A stretch of DNA of 64,000 nucleotides, from positions 595,143-659,142 of the forward strand of contig CAWBCT010000005.1 of NCBI GenBank assembly GCA_963787445.1. The letters run 5' to 3'. Positions 1-10,423 of the stretch are shown one piece after another. A program made the translations under genes and the position numbers. Position 1 is the first letter of the stretch. Each line of letters begins with the position of its first letter. This stretch comes from an uncultured archaeon (GTDB lineage Archaea; Micrarchaeota; Micrarchaeia; Micrarchaeales; CABMGC01). The notes below the pieces were generated by a model. It had not been told where the DNA came from. It searched no databases and saw nothing but the letters and a program-made list of their open reading frames with translations.

Positions 1-103
1 AGTATTGATAGGAAAGGTATTAAAATAATGAGAGGCAATATTGGAAACATCAGTGCACCGAGCTAATCTGATTGAGTTAACAAAGTATTTAAATCGTGAT
101 TTT

Positions 104-886
104 ATGGAGCCAGACCCTTCCCAATCTTCAAAAGAGTTAGAGGAAGAGATCAGCAGGACCGTGAAGGAGCACGGGGAGCTGATAAGCAGAGAGAAGGCAC
201 GCGAGCTAATCTCCAACAAAAACCAACCGGCACCGCAGAAAAGAAAACTCACCGCCGCTGCCCTGATTGCTGCAAATCTCCAGGACGGAGAGGTTGTTGA
301 TCTGGAGGACAACGTTTATCGCGTATTCAACAAGGTAAAGTTTAATCGGAACGGCAGCGCAGGCGTGAATAGGATAGTAGTTTTTGGAAGCGAAGGCAAC
401 AGCGTTAAGACGATCCTATGGGAAAAGAGCGCGGAGTTTCCTGACGCCATGCAGATACAACGCAAGGACAAGGTTCTCGCAACCAACCTGCGCGTGCACA
501 AGAATGGAGATGAGACAGAGTTGTACAGCAGCACTTCTACGTATTTTTCAAGAATAACACCATCAAAATCTTCAGTGACCGACTTTTCACAATTGAAAGG
601 TGGGGAGAGGAACATCGATATTATTGGGAGGATAGTTTCAATCGGCTCTTCCCGTTCCTTCAAGAGCCTAGGCGGCACAGAAAGTAGCGTCTCTGACTGT
701 AACATAAGCGATGGCAAGATTGAGGCGAGAGTGTCATTATGGGGTTCTTGTAGCACTTATACAACAGAAATGCATCCCGGCGAGTTTCTTAAAGTGGAAT
801 TTGCTTCGGCCAAGCTATCAGAAAACGGATTAGAGTTAAGTGCAAGCGACGCGTCACGGATGCTTATTAGCAAGCGTGCCTTGTAA
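104..886 (+). CDS. OB-fold single-stranded DNA-binding protein (RPA-like)
   Basis: Two OB-fold-like segments (NIDIIGRIVSIG...DGKIEARVSLWG). ATG at 104 preferred over TTG at 41. Confidence 0.7.
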   Translation: MEPDPSQSSKELEEEISRTVKEHGELISREKARELISNKNQPAPQKRKLTAAALIAANLQDGEVVDLEDNVYRVFNKVKFNRNGSAGVNRIVVFGSEGNSVKTILWEKSAEFPDAMQIQRKDKVLATNLRVHKNGDETELYSSTSTYFSRITPSKSSVTDFSQLKGGERNIDIIGRIVSIGSSRSFKSLGGTESSVSDCNISDGKIEARVSLWGSCSTYTTEMHPGEFLKVEFASAKLSENGLELSASDASRMLISKRAL

Positions 887-889
887 GAT

Positions 890-2179
890 TTAGATTATCT
901 TCTGTTCTATCAAGAAACTGTTTACGGCTTTTGCAACGTCCTTCGGATGCAGCCCGTATCTCTTCGAGATCTCCCCTATTAGCAGGTTTATCGCCTTCTT
1001 GTTCGTTCTGCACTCCTCCAATATGCCCTTCTTCGAGTTGACGAACTCCCAAATTGCCTTTTCCATCTCCTTCTCTGTGAGTTTCTCGTAGCTTACGTCT
1101 ATGTGGCCCTTGCTTACCTTCTGGAGCACCTCCTGGTTTATTATCACGTCCTTAGCTATCAGCCCCAGCAGCCTCACAAAGCCCTCGTCGTCAAGATGGA
1201 TCTCGTATTTCTCCATCCTCTGTATCGCATTTATTATGTGCTGCATGGGGTGCTTCTGCCTGAACTTGTCCATTAATTCTAATGATCTCCTGTTGAACAT
1301 CGTCAATTCCATTATCGTCCTAGCGTTTGATTTGTACTTCGCCGCCATCTCGTTGGCAATCTCTGTTATATAAGTTGGTTCTGCTGTCTTTATCCCATCC
1401 ACATTGAAGATTGTCAGGTCCGGCTCGAAGATGTATCCATACTCCTCGTCTGTTTCCTTTTCCCTCATCGAGACTGTGTTCCTCCTTGTCTCATTGTAAC
1501 CTCTCGTCTCGCCAATGATCTTCTTTCCTTCCGCGAGCACCTGCTTCTGCCTTTTAATCTCGTACTTTGCGGCCTCAAGTATGTTCTTTATTCCCGTTAT
1601 GTTCTTGACCTCGACCCGGTGCTCCGCGAGGGAGATGTTCAGGTCGACCTTTATCTCCTTGTTGATGTCTATGTTGAGGTAGTAGAGTATGCTCCTGAGC
1701 GTTCTCAGGAAGCCCCACAGCTCATGCTCATCAATTATGTCGGGTTCTGTGACCACCTCAACCAGCGGCGTGCCTGACCTGTTGAAGTCAATAAGCGTGA
1801 GGGCGCCCTCCCTAACGAGCTTTGCGGGGTCCTCCTCAAGCTGGATCCTCCTTATGCCAACTTTCTTCCCAGTTATTGTGAGATATCCTTCGCTTCCGAT
1901 GGAGTGCTCGGTCTGGGTTATCTGGTAGCACTTCGGAAGGTCGGGGTAGAAGTACACCTTCCTCACGAATGAGATGTCCCCCCCAAGCCTGCAGTGGAGC
2001 GCGTTTGCTATGTCCCTTGCGTACTTGACTGCGGACCTGTTAAGCAGGGGCTTTGATCCTGGGAAGCCCATGCAGATTGGGCAGACAGAGGTGTTCGGCT
2101 CCTCTCCGTCCGCGCTGCAAGAGCAGAATAGCTTCGACCTAGTGGGCAAAGCTATGTGTACCTCCAATCCGATCTTCAT
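890..2179 (-). CDS. gatB: Asp/Glu-tRNA amidotransferase subunit B
   Basis: IGLEVH, KLFC, CPICMGFPG, RKVYFYPDLPK, LEED and DFNRSGTPLVE motifs. Confidence 0.95.
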   Translation of the reverse strand: MKIGLEVHIALPTRSKLFCSCSADGEEPNTSVCPICMGFPGSKPLLNRSAVKYARDIANALHCRLGGDISFVRKVYFYPDLPKCYQITQTEHSIGSEGYLTITGKKVGIRRIQLEEDPAKLVREGALTLIDFNRSGTPLVEVVTEPDIIDEHELWGFLRTLRSILYYLNIDINKEIKVDLNISLAEHRVEVKNITGIKNILEAAKYEIKRQKQVLAEGKKIIGETRGYNETRRNTVSMREKETDEEYGYIFEPDLTIFNVDGIKTAEPTYITEIANEMAAKYKSNARTIMELTMFNRRSLELMDKFRQKHPMQHIINAIQRMEKYEIHLDDEGFVRLLGLIAKDVIINQEVLQKVSKGHIDVSYEKLTEKEMEKAIWEFVNSKKGILEECRTNKKAINLLIGEISKRYGLHPKDVAKAVNSFLIEQKII

Positions 2180-3537
2180 AGTTCTCCCAGGTTATGCTTG
2201 AATCTGTACTTGAAGTGGTTCTCCCACTCTGTTACAAAATCCATAAGTGCGTAGTCGTTGCCCTGCCCTGTTATGAGCTGGGCGCCTGTGGGCAAATTGT
2301 CAATATAATCATACGGAAACGAGATGTGCGGGAAGCCTCCCAGGTTCGGAGGTATCGTGAACATGTCCAACGCATAGTTCTCCAGAGGCGAGAGCTTCTG
2401 CGCGTCCTTTATCTTCGGCGTCTGGACCGGCAGCGCAGGCGAGAGGATGAAACCGTCCTTCAGCATCGCGCTCATCTCCTTGATTATCGCACTTCTTATA
2501 ACGGCCGCCTTGGTGTAGTACTTGTCCTTCTGGCTCTTTCCTCTTATGAAGCTGCCAAGTATGATTCTTCTCTTCGCCTCAATCCCAAAGCTCTTCCTCG
2601 CATCGGTGAAGAACTCATTGTAGTGCTTAGTGTAGTCGCCCTCCTGCAGCCCGTACTTGTAGCCGTCGTACTTGGCCAGGTTAGTCGAGGCCTCCGCCAT
2701 CGCAATTATGTAGTAGGGGGCTATCGCCTTGCTCAATATTTTGGAGCTCACCGTCTCGATTGAGTATCCTGTGCTTTCCAGTTTGCTCACGAACTTTTCG
2801 AAGTGCGATTTTATCGTCCCGTCCGTTCTCTCCATGAGCTCCTTGATCAAGAATATTCTTTTCTTTTTCGAATCTGTTATCTTGTCCACAACGCAGGTGG
2901 TGTCATAAGAGTCCGGCCCCCTGATCACATCAAAGACTCTCTTCGCATCTTCCGCGCTTCTCGCCATCACTCCTATCTTGTCAAGCGAGTTTGCGTAGTC
3001 TATCAGCCCGTACCTTGAGACCGCGCCGTAGGTCGGGGTGAAGCCCACAACCCCGTTGAAGGCTGATGGGGTTGTTATCGAGCCTCCCGTTGACTCTGAG
3101 ATGGCCACGTGGTACTTGAGCATCGCCGTTGCGACTGCCGCGCCGCTGCTGGAGCCTCCTGCAACGTACTCGCTGTCAAAAGCGTTCCTTGCTGGTACCT
3201 CGCAGTTTAATCCAAAGGTGCCGAAGCCAAACTCATCCATGCTGGTTGAGCCCAGGAAGGAGAACTCCTTGGTGTTGAGCAACCTCTCGGTGACCGTGGC
3301 GTTGAACGGGGGCACATAGCCCTTGAGTATCTTCGAACCCGCCGTTGTTTCATGGCCTTTCACGCAGATGTTCGCCTTGGTGCTGAACGGAAATGAGTTC
3401 TTTTCCTTTGAAACCGCGCTGTTTATGGTTAGGAACGGGTGGTACTCCTTGTTTGTCTCGGTTATCTGCTGGATCAGCTTCTGGTAGTAGTCTCTTGGCT
3501 TCTTCTTGCCCGCGAACTCCCGTAGGTAGCTGGTCAT
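2176..3537 (-). CDS. gatA: Asp/Glu-tRNA amidotransferase subunit A (amidase)
   Basis: GGSSSGAA, ESTGGSI, PTYGAVSRYGL and KRRIILG motifs; overlaps gatB. Confidence 0.93.
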   Translation of the reverse strand: MTSYLREFAGKKKPRDYYQKLIQQITETNKEYHPFLTINSAVSKEKNSFPFSTKANICVKGHETTAGSKILKGYVPPFNATVTERLLNTKEFSFLGSTSMDEFGFGTFGLNCEVPARNAFDSEYVAGGSSSGAAVATAMLKYHVAISESTGGSITTPSAFNGVVGFTPTYGAVSRYGLIDYANSLDKIGVMARSAEDAKRVFDVIRGPDSYDTTCVVDKITDSKKKRIFLIKELMERTDGTIKSHFEKFVSKLESTGYSIETVSSKILSKAIAPYYIIAMAEASTNLAKYDGYKYGLQEGDYTKHYNEFFTDARKSFGIEAKRRIILGSFIRGKSQKDKYYTKAAVIRSAIIKEMSAMLKDGFILSPALPVQTPKIKDAQKLSPLENYALDMFTIPPNLGGFPHISFPYDYIDNLPTGAQLITGQGNDYALMDFVTEWENHFKYRFKHNLGEL

Positions 3538-3803
3538 ATGCGCGGTCCCCTCACGTACTTACCCTGTTTCCTGGTCTGGCCCAGCATCGACTCCGTGTCC
3601 TTGAACGGCATAATCTCGTCCTCCCTCAGCCTGCCGGGTATCTGTATCGGCTGGTAGGAGGGCTGCTCGTCCGCCTTTATGCTGCTAATCTCCTCAAAGT
3701 ACTTTAGGATCTCCTCTATGTCGGCCTTTATCCTCCTCTTTTCGCCTTCGTCCAGGCTGAGCCTAGCTATCTTTAGGAGTCTATCAAAATCTTCGCTTTC
3801 CAC
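3534..3803 (-). CDS. gatC: Asp/Glu-tRNA amidotransferase subunit C
   Basis: IARLSL...ILKYFEEI...LREDE...GPRI; likely GTG start at 3803; directly upstream of gatA. Confidence 0.85.
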   Translation of the reverse strand: MESEDFDRLLKIARLSLDEGEKRRIKADIEEILKYFEEISSIKADEQPSYQPIQIPGRLREDEIMPFKDTESMLGQTRKQGKYVRGPRI

Positions 3804-3847
3804 GGAGTTATAATTATTTGAGCAATTTAATAAATGCTCCGACCTTA

Positions 3848-4171
3848 TCAGCAGCTTATCTGCACATTGCTCAGGACATAGGAGGTGCCGTTGCACTCAT
3901 AGCCGTTGCCCTGGCTCTCGCAATTGAACACCAGATGGGTGTTCGGCGCCGCAGGTATGCACAGCCCGCTGCCGCCCACCCAGACTATCTGGCTTGTAGT
4001 GTCGTTTATCACCGCCACTGTGCTGTAGGTCATGCGCTGCGGCGGCGGGACCTGGCCGTTGAGAATCAGGAACAGCAGATAGAGCAGCAGCGCTATCGGG
4101 ATAATCCACAGATAACGCCTCTTGCTCCCTTTGACCATGGAATCCAACCACAAAATAAGGTAAATCAACAA
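3848..4171 (-). CDS. Small membrane-anchored Cys-containing hypothetical protein
   Basis: Basic N-terminus followed by a hydrophobic helix (YLWIIPIALLLYLLFLIL); true start probably the MVKGS ATG. Confidence 0.5.
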   Translation of the reverse strand: MLIYLILWLDSMVKGSKRRYLWIIPIALLLYLLFLILNGQVPPPQRMTYSTVAVINDTTSQIVWVGGSGLCIPAAPNTHLVFNCESQGNGYECNGTSYVLSNVQISC

Positions 4172-4181
4172 AGCTATTAAT

Positions 4182-5525
4182 ATGTTTATTTCAAAATTAC
4201 CTTATCGTGATCAGGTGCAGATTTCAGGGCAGATTGGCGAGGTTCCAAAGACGGCGGGCAGCAAGCTCAGGCTGGGCGGCAGGATCACCCGCATAAACGA
4301 CACCAAGAACATCGCCTTCCTCTGGCTGCGCGACAGCACCGGCATAATCCAGATAACCGCCGTCAAGGAGAAGACCTCTCCCGACCTGCTGAAACAGGTC
4401 TCGGGAATCTCGATAAACGACTTCATCATCGCCGAGGGCGTTGTCCCGGAGCAGATACGGTCCAACACCGGCTCGGAGATGATACTCGAGAAGATAACGG
4501 TGGTGGGCAAGGCGCTCGAGCCTTCACCGATCGACATAGAGAAGCAGATCGAGAGCGCCATGGACAAGAGGCTCGACTGGAGGGCGCTCGACCTTAGGGA
4601 TCCCAAACATGCGGCCATCTTCAATGTGCAGTCCTCGCTCCTCTGGGGGCTCAGGAAGTTCTTCTCATCGGAAGGGGTAAAGGAGGTGTTCACCCCGAGC
4701 CTCATGGGCACCCCATCGGAGGGCGGCTCGGAGGTCTTCTCGCTGGAGCACTTCGGTAAGACCGCGTACCTTAGGCAGGACCCGCAGCTCCACAGGCAGT
4801 TCCTGATGCTCGCCGGCTTTGACAAGATCTACGAGATAGGGCCAAGCTGGAGGGCGGAGCTGAGCAACACCCCACGGCACCTCACGGAGCACAGGACCTG
4901 TGCGTCCGAGATCTCTTTCATAAAGGACGAGCGGGACGTCATCAAGTACGAGCAGAAGGCGGTAATCAGCGCGGTCAAGAGCGTGATCAAGAACAGCAAG
5001 GCCGACCTGGAGCTGCTTGGCGTGACGCTCGAGGTTCCCAAGCGCTTCCCCGAGCTGAAGTTCCCCAAAGTATACGATATCCTTGAGGAGCTGGGCTCTC
5101 CGATTGAGAGGGGCACGGACTACAACAAGGCCGGGGAGAGCCTGCTGGCAAAGTACGTGAAGGAGAAGTACAACACCGACTTCTTCTTCGTCAACCGTTT
5201 CCCGTTTGCGGTGAAGCCATTTTACGTGATGAGAGTGGACGAGGACCCGGAGTGGGCGAGGAGCATCGACCTCATATACAAGGGCGTCGAACTAAGCAGC
5301 GGCGGCCAGAGGGAGCACAGGTACGAAAAGATAATCTCGCAGGCGAAGGAGAAGGGGATGAACCCCGAGAACATCAAGTGGTTCACGGACCTGTTCAAGT
5401 ACGGCGCACCGCCCCACGGCGGCTTCAGCATCGGCATCGAGCGTTTGACGATGCAGATACTCAACATACAGAACGTAAGGGAGACGGTTCTCTTCCCGCG
5501 CGCCCCGGACAGACTTCTGCCGTGA
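4182..5525 (+). CDS. aspS: Aspartyl-tRNA synthetase (archaeal type, probably non-discriminating)
   Basis: N-terminal OB fold, RLDWRALDLR, YLRQDPQL, ELSSGGQREH and PPHGGFSIGIERL; next to gatCAB. Confidence 0.92.
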   Translation: MFISKLPYRDQVQISGQIGEVPKTAGSKLRLGGRITRINDTKNIAFLWLRDSTGIIQITAVKEKTSPDLLKQVSGISINDFIIAEGVVPEQIRSNTGSEMILEKITVVGKALEPSPIDIEKQIESAMDKRLDWRALDLRDPKHAAIFNVQSSLLWGLRKFFSSEGVKEVFTPSLMGTPSEGGSEVFSLEHFGKTAYLRQDPQLHRQFLMLAGFDKIYEIGPSWRAELSNTPRHLTEHRTCASEISFIKDERDVIKYEQKAVISAVKSVIKNSKADLELLGVTLEVPKRFPELKFPKVYDILEELGSPIERGTDYNKAGESLLAKYVKEKYNTDFFFVNRFPFAVKPFYVMRVDEDPEWARSIDLIYKGVELSSGGQREHRYEKIISQAKEKGMNPENIKWFTDLFKYGAPPHGGFSIGIERLTMQILNIQNVRETVLFPRAPDRLLP

Positions 5526-5688
5526 CAAACTGAGATAGGTATATAAATCTGATTTTATACTTATATAGTTGTATTTTTAGCTTAAGGCGCGACCAATGAA
5601 ACATGTCCTACAGAATATGGGATTGCTAGAATCCTCTATCCCTCAGAGCCAATCCCCTATTTTCTACTTAAATTAATTAGGTGACTAT

Positions 5689-6681
5689 ATGAATGACGAT
5701 ATCGAAATAACTGTTCATTCCGAAGGTGCAAAAGAGAAGCCCGCACGACCGAAGGAGAAGGCAGTAGTGATCGAAGAATGTCCGGATCACAGGTATACGG
5801 ACAGCAACATCTCGGACCAGATTGCCGATGCGATTACAAACGGCAACTACAATGAAGACGGCAGCAGACGCTATGACTTCAGCCAGAACCCTGTCTTCGG
5901 AGAGATGCAGGGACAGAAGCTAAACAAATTTATTGACAGCCACAATGGCGAAAAGGTCCTGTTCTCAACCAACGTGGCTGCCGACGCAGAAGAGAACATG
6001 GAAGCGATAAAGTACTTCCACAAGGTCTATGACATAGCTGTAGTGGAAGTGAGCCATCACGACTGCGGCGGCGTAGGAATGAAGTGCGCCTGCGAACAGG
6101 GAATGGTATATGATAAGAACAGCGAACCCATAAGCCGGCAGATGGCCCACCTCGATGGACTGCCGGGCGACAGAACCCAGAAAGAGGCTCAAAATGCAAC
6201 TTTCCAGATAGCGAAGATACGAAGGAACCTTGCCGATGGAGGCGAGCTAGAGATGCTTCCGCTCACAGCCGACTTTTCTGGCTACCGCAAGGTCGAAGAC
6301 CCGGCCAACAAGGTCCTCCTCATAGCAACTTCAGACGACATATCGCGTTCGGAACTCTGCAAGATTGCAGAGGTAGACCGTGCGACCAAGGGGGTGTACG
6401 TGCTACGCACGCACCTGACCGAAGATCCAAAGAGCCTTGAAGGAATACTCTCCAGCACCGCCTGCAGCATTGTAGGCCTGCACATAAGAGACATAAGGCT
6501 TGTTCCCACCTCTCAAGAACGGAAGTCCATGATGGACAAGCTCAAGCCCGAACTTGAAAAACTTGGCGCAGTGGCAGAGCACGGTGCAAATGTCAGCGTG
6601 CCCAACTTCTACAGGGACACGGGCGGAGTTTCGCTAAGGAAAGAAGAGAGAACGGGTGCGCCAAAAAAAGTTAAGGCGTAA
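5689..6681 (+). CDS. Divergent beta-carbonic-anhydrase-like protein
   Basis: CPDHR (CxDxR) and HHDCGG (HxxCG) zinc-ligand motifs. Confidence 0.45.
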   Translation: MNDDIEITVHSEGAKEKPARPKEKAVVIEECPDHRYTDSNISDQIADAITNGNYNEDGSRRYDFSQNPVFGEMQGQKLNKFIDSHNGEKVLFSTNVAADAEENMEAIKYFHKVYDIAVVEVSHHDCGGVGMKCACEQGMVYDKNSEPISRQMAHLDGLPGDRTQKEAQNATFQIAKIRRNLADGGELEMLPLTADFSGYRKVEDPANKVLLIATSDDISRSELCKIAEVDRATKGVYVLRTHLTEDPKSLEGILSSTACSIVGLHIRDIRLVPTSQERKSMMDKLKPELEKLGAVAEHGANVSVPNFYRDTGGVSLRKEERTGAPKKVKA

Positions 6682-6760
6682 CGGCTGCGCCAGAAGGCTA
6701 GAAAGCCAAGCCCCACCCCTAACTTTTATATTTTGCGATGGCCATCTAGAGTGTGGGATT

Positions 6761-7381
6761 ATGCCATTCATAGTTATCGAGGGTACCGACGGTTCCGGAA
6801 AGACAAGCGTCGCAAAAATACTGCAGCAAAAGCTCAACGCCACCCTGATCAAAACCTCCATGACTCCCTACCTGCCCGACCTGAGGCAGTACGTTGATGC
6901 GCATCCTGAAAACGTGATGGCACGCTTTACCTATTTTCTATCCCTGAACAAATATACCGCAGACACGCGCATGGGCCCGAAGAATGCGATAAATATATTC
7001 GACCGGTATGTTTTTTCGACGTTTGCGGCGCACGTCGCACTCGACGAGATATACAACAAGGGCAAGGATGTTGCTGAGATAACGCAAATTTACAACCAGG
7101 AACGTAAACTTTTACCGGCTCCCGATGCAATCATATTTCTCTACGCTGACTCCAAGGTTCGAGAGGAGCGCCTGAATTTAAGAAAGAATCAGCTCGACCA
7201 CCTCGACACGAACAAAAAGTCAACCGACCGAAAGCAGGAACTCTTCAAGGCCATAGCCTCGGAACTGCTTGCGGAAAAGGTGGTAACTGTTGTAGAGATA
7301 GACACCACAAAACTTTCACTAGAACAAATCGTCGACAAGATATTGGGTTCTGCGAAACTGCGAAAACTTCTGGCTTTGTAG
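6761..7381 (+). CDS. Thymidylate-kinase-like nucleotide kinase
   Basis: FIVIEGTDGSGKT P-loop, FDRY and PDAIIFL motifs. Confidence 0.8.
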   Translation: MPFIVIEGTDGSGKTSVAKILQQKLNATLIKTSMTPYLPDLRQYVDAHPENVMARFTYFLSLNKYTADTRMGPKNAINIFDRYVFSTFAAHVALDEIYNKGKDVAEITQIYNQERKLLPAPDAIIFLYADSKVREERLNLRKNQLDHLDTNKKSTDRKQELFKAIASELLAEKVVTVVEIDTTKLSLEQIVDKILGSAKLRKLLAL

Positions 7382-7400
7382 GAAAAGTTTATATATTATT

Positions 7401-7991
7401 TTGTCCTTTATCAGTACGGTTGGGATAGTGTCAGTTAGCGTTACCGCTATAGATAGCGAGATTCTTAATGCGATACGTGACGCTTCGGACCTCTACAAGG
7501 ATTTAAGCCCCCGGCAGATCGATTACATTAAAAGAGACCCCAGGGACCCCGAAGGCAATGGCGTACTGCACCTTCTCAGGAGGTACAACATACAATCCAA
7601 CAAGGTAAGCACGCTTGTGGAACTCGGATTGGACCCTCTGGCCCGCAATAGGCTGGGCCATCTTCCGATAGACTCCGCAATCATGCAAGACCCAGAGTCC
7701 TATGGAAACGGCTTCGTCAGGGAGTTCTTGATGCTGATGAAAAGCATCCCCGGATACACCGATGAGGCAAAGCTGAAAGACCTGAACAATACCTACCGCA
7801 TAGCCGGCGCCATGAACAACAATGGCGTAAGGCATGCCCTGGCCGACGCCATGGCTCCTCTTCTGCTTTCAAAAAAAAACAACGACGCAGATGAGGCAAA
7901 TGTGGAAAGAAAGGTCACGCACCTAACTGGTGTGCACCGCAACCCCTCACAGGTGCGCCAAGTCAGGTCTAGACGCAAGCTCGTAGCGTAA
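7401..7991 (+). CDS. Hypothetical protein with ankyrin-like repeats
   Basis: DPEGNGVLHLL and LGLDPLARNRLGHLPIDSA resemble the ankyrin consensus; start uncertain. Confidence 0.45.
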   Translation: MSFISTVGIVSVSVTAIDSEILNAIRDASDLYKDLSPRQIDYIKRDPRDPEGNGVLHLLRRYNIQSNKVSTLVELGLDPLARNRLGHLPIDSAIMQDPESYGNGFVREFLMLMKSIPGYTDEAKLKDLNNTYRIAGAMNNNGVRHALADAMAPLLLSKKNNDADEANVERKVTHLTGVHRNPSQVRQVRSRRKLVA

Positions 7992-7996
7992 TCTGA

Positions 7997-10303
7997 TTAA
8001 AGCTCCTGGGCCACGGTAGCTCCGTGCTCCGCCTTCTCCCTGCTCAGCATGTATATCCTCGCATTAGAGACCCGCTTGAGCTGCTCGTCGTGCGTTATGA
8101 TGAACACCTGCCCCACCAGCTCGGGCAGCGTCTCGTTGAGCATGGTCACCAACTTGGAGAGCCCCTGCTGGTCTATGTTGTGCGTCGGCTCGTCCAGGAT
8201 CAGCCACTTCAGGTTCGGCACCAGCACCAGCGAGAAGGCTATCCTGAGCGCCATGCAGGCTATGCTGCGCTCCCCGCCGCTCGCTATCGAGTTGACGTTC
8301 TCCCAGGCGGGCTCGCCGTCCCTCAGGCTCTGCAGCTGCAGGGCGTAGTCGCTCTCGTTCGCATCAAGCATTATTCCCGTGTAATCGCCGTAGGGGTACA
8401 GCCTCGGCCACATCCCCTCCATTATCTGGTTTATGGCGCTCACCAGATGGCTGCGGAGCGCTCCCTGGGTCTCCTCCAGCGCATTCTTGAAGCGCGAGAG
8501 ATCGTCTATGGTGCCCTTCTTCTGGTTCAGCTCAGCGTACATCGCATCTATGCGCGCTATCTCTCCCTCCTTGTCCTTAATCTGGACCGTCTTCTCGTCA
8601 ATCGCATTCACGCTTGAGAACAGCAGCGCGCTTTTGCCCGATATCTGTGAACTAGCCTCGGTGTGCCTCTTCTGCAGCGCCTCAATCTTGGCGTTGTCAA
8701 CGACTAATCCCTTCATCTCCTTCTTCCTGAGTTCCAATGTCGCCGAGTAACGGTCCCGGTCTGCGACCTGCTTTGTAATCCTCTCCACATTCTCCCTGGA
8801 TGCCTTCAGTTTGGCAAGGTTTTCCGAGCCTTTTGTCACTGATTCCTCAACTGACGAAGCCGCGCTAGTAAGGGTTTTAATCTGATCGGAGAGTCTTGCA
8901 AGTTCCTTTGAAGCCCTCTCGCCATTAGCCTCAAGATCCCCGTAGGACTTGATCCTCTCAAGCGTCACCGTAAGGCTGTTCAGCTCCGCGGTAAGCTTTG
9001 CAACTTGCTCTCTCTTCTGAGTTCTCGAGGCTCCAAGAGTTGTTATTTTGGACGAGGAGTTCTTGATCACTTCCTGCCTGGATTTTACCAGCTCGGCATG
9101 CTTGTGTTCGCTTAGCTCACTGTCGCAGATTGGGCATTTGCTAATGTGCCTCCTTAGCTCATCGAGCGATTTTTCGGCCTCCTGCTTGAGCACTGCGCTG
9201 TGCGCGTACTCCTTTTCCATCGATTCCAACTCTTTGGTTATGCCGTCAAGCTGCACCTTTACCGTACTTTCCGATCTGCCCTTCATCTTCTCTTCTGCCA
9301 GCCGCTTCTCCTTCTTGTTCTTCTCTATGTCCTGAAGCTCCTTCTCCAGCTTGCCGATGTTTCCCTGTGTGCTCTGCAATAGGCTTAAATGTTCTGTACG
9401 CTTCTTTTTCAGTTCTGAGATGGAAGTGTTTGTGAAATTGATTTGCTTTTCCAGTTCTTCAACAGATGGCAGCGTCTTCCCGTCAACCGCGCCTATCTCC
9501 TTTTCGAGAATTCCGACCTTGCTCTCAAGCTCTCCGGTCTCCTTCTCCAGCTGTATCTTCTTTTCGTAGAGCTTCTTCAATGCTAACAGTTCAGTGCCCA
9601 TCTGGGTCTCAGCAGCTTTAAGCACCCTGAGCGCCTCCTCTGTAGCTACCTTCTCTTTTTCAAGTTTCGACAGCTCTTCCTTCATTTGAATATGCTGCTC
9701 CCTGAGTTTCTTGAGGTCGAAGCCCTTCGCCAGCTTCTCCGAGTCTGCGATCATCTCCTTTATCCTGTTTATCAGGCTTCCTGCGTTCTCCTGAGCCGCC
9801 GCGAAGCGGTCAAGGCCCAGCAGGTTGTCTATCTGCTTCTTCCGGTCCGACGCGCCTAGCTCCAGGAAGTAGTCTAGCCTGTTCTGCTCCGCGTATATCG
9901 CCCTTGCAAACAGGTCGTAGTCGACCTTCAGCACCTTCTCCACCTCCTCGGTGACCCGCTGCGGCTGGGACTGCACGTAAACGTCGTTCTTCTTGAAGGT
10001 CGCCTTGGCTGTCTCGTCAAGCGAGATGCTGCGCTCAACCGTGTACGGGATGCCGTCCACCTCGAACCCCAGCTTCACCCTGGCGCTGCGCTTCTGCTCC
10101 GGCTTGTTCCTGATGAGGTCCTCCACCTTGACGCGCCGGTTCTTTATCGCAGGAAAGGTGCCGAAGAAGCCGAACGAGATGGCGTCGAGTATGGAGCTCT
10201 TCCCGGCTCCCATCTGGCCGATGAGTATGTTGGTGCCGTTTGAGAAGCTGAGCGTCGTGAGGCCGTGGGCCTTCCAATTCTCGAGCTCTATGTAGTTTAT
10301 CAT
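7997..10303 (-). CDS. rad50: Rad50/SMC-family ATPase
   Basis: GQMGAGKSS Walker A, coiled coil with CPIC zinc hook, SGGE signature, LDEPT and ITHD. Confidence 0.88.
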   Translation of the reverse strand: MINYIELENWKAHGLTTLSFSNGTNILIGQMGAGKSSILDAISFGFFGTFPAIKNRRVKVEDLIRNKPEQKRSARVKLGFEVDGIPYTVERSISLDETAKATFKKNDVYVQSQPQRVTEEVEKVLKVDYDLFARAIYAEQNRLDYFLELGASDRKKQIDNLLGLDRFAAAQENAGSLINRIKEMIADSEKLAKGFDLKKLREQHIQMKEELSKLEKEKVATEEALRVLKAAETQMGTELLALKKLYEKKIQLEKETGELESKVGILEKEIGAVDGKTLPSVEELEKQINFTNTSISELKKKRTEHLSLLQSTQGNIGKLEKELQDIEKNKKEKRLAEEKMKGRSESTVKVQLDGITKELESMEKEYAHSAVLKQEAEKSLDELRRHISKCPICDSELSEHKHAELVKSRQEVIKNSSSKITTLGASRTQKREQVAKLTAELNSLTVTLERIKSYGDLEANGERASKELARLSDQIKTLTSAASSVEESVTKGSENLAKLKASRENVERITKQVADRDRYSATLELRKKEMKGLVVDNAKIEALQKRHTEASSQISGKSALLFSSVNAIDEKTVQIKDKEGEIARIDAMYAELNQKKGTIDDLSRFKNALEETQGALRSHLVSAINQIMEGMWPRLYPYGDYTGIMLDANESDYALQLQSLRDGEPAWENVNSIASGGERSIACMALRIAFSLVLVPNLKWLILDEPTHNIDQQGLSKLVTMLNETLPELVGQVFIITHDEQLKRVSNARIYMLSREKAEHGATVAQEL

Positions 10304-10423
10304 AGAACCATAGGAATTCCTGTTCTAAAGTATAAATTATCTTGCCTTTGAGCTTGGGAATGCCCTTCGGGGATAGTTATTTAAGATTGACCCCTGATAT
10401 ATAACTGAGTTATAGGTGGATGG

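Noticed and set aside
890-5525. gatCAB next to aspS as a novel system
   Set aside because: This is the standard indirect Asn-tRNA pathway
7997-10303. SMC-like ATPase as a defence system (Wadjet/Lamassu)
   Set aside because: The zinc hook and motifs fit ordinary Rad50 and there are no partner genes; mre11 is probably elsewhere
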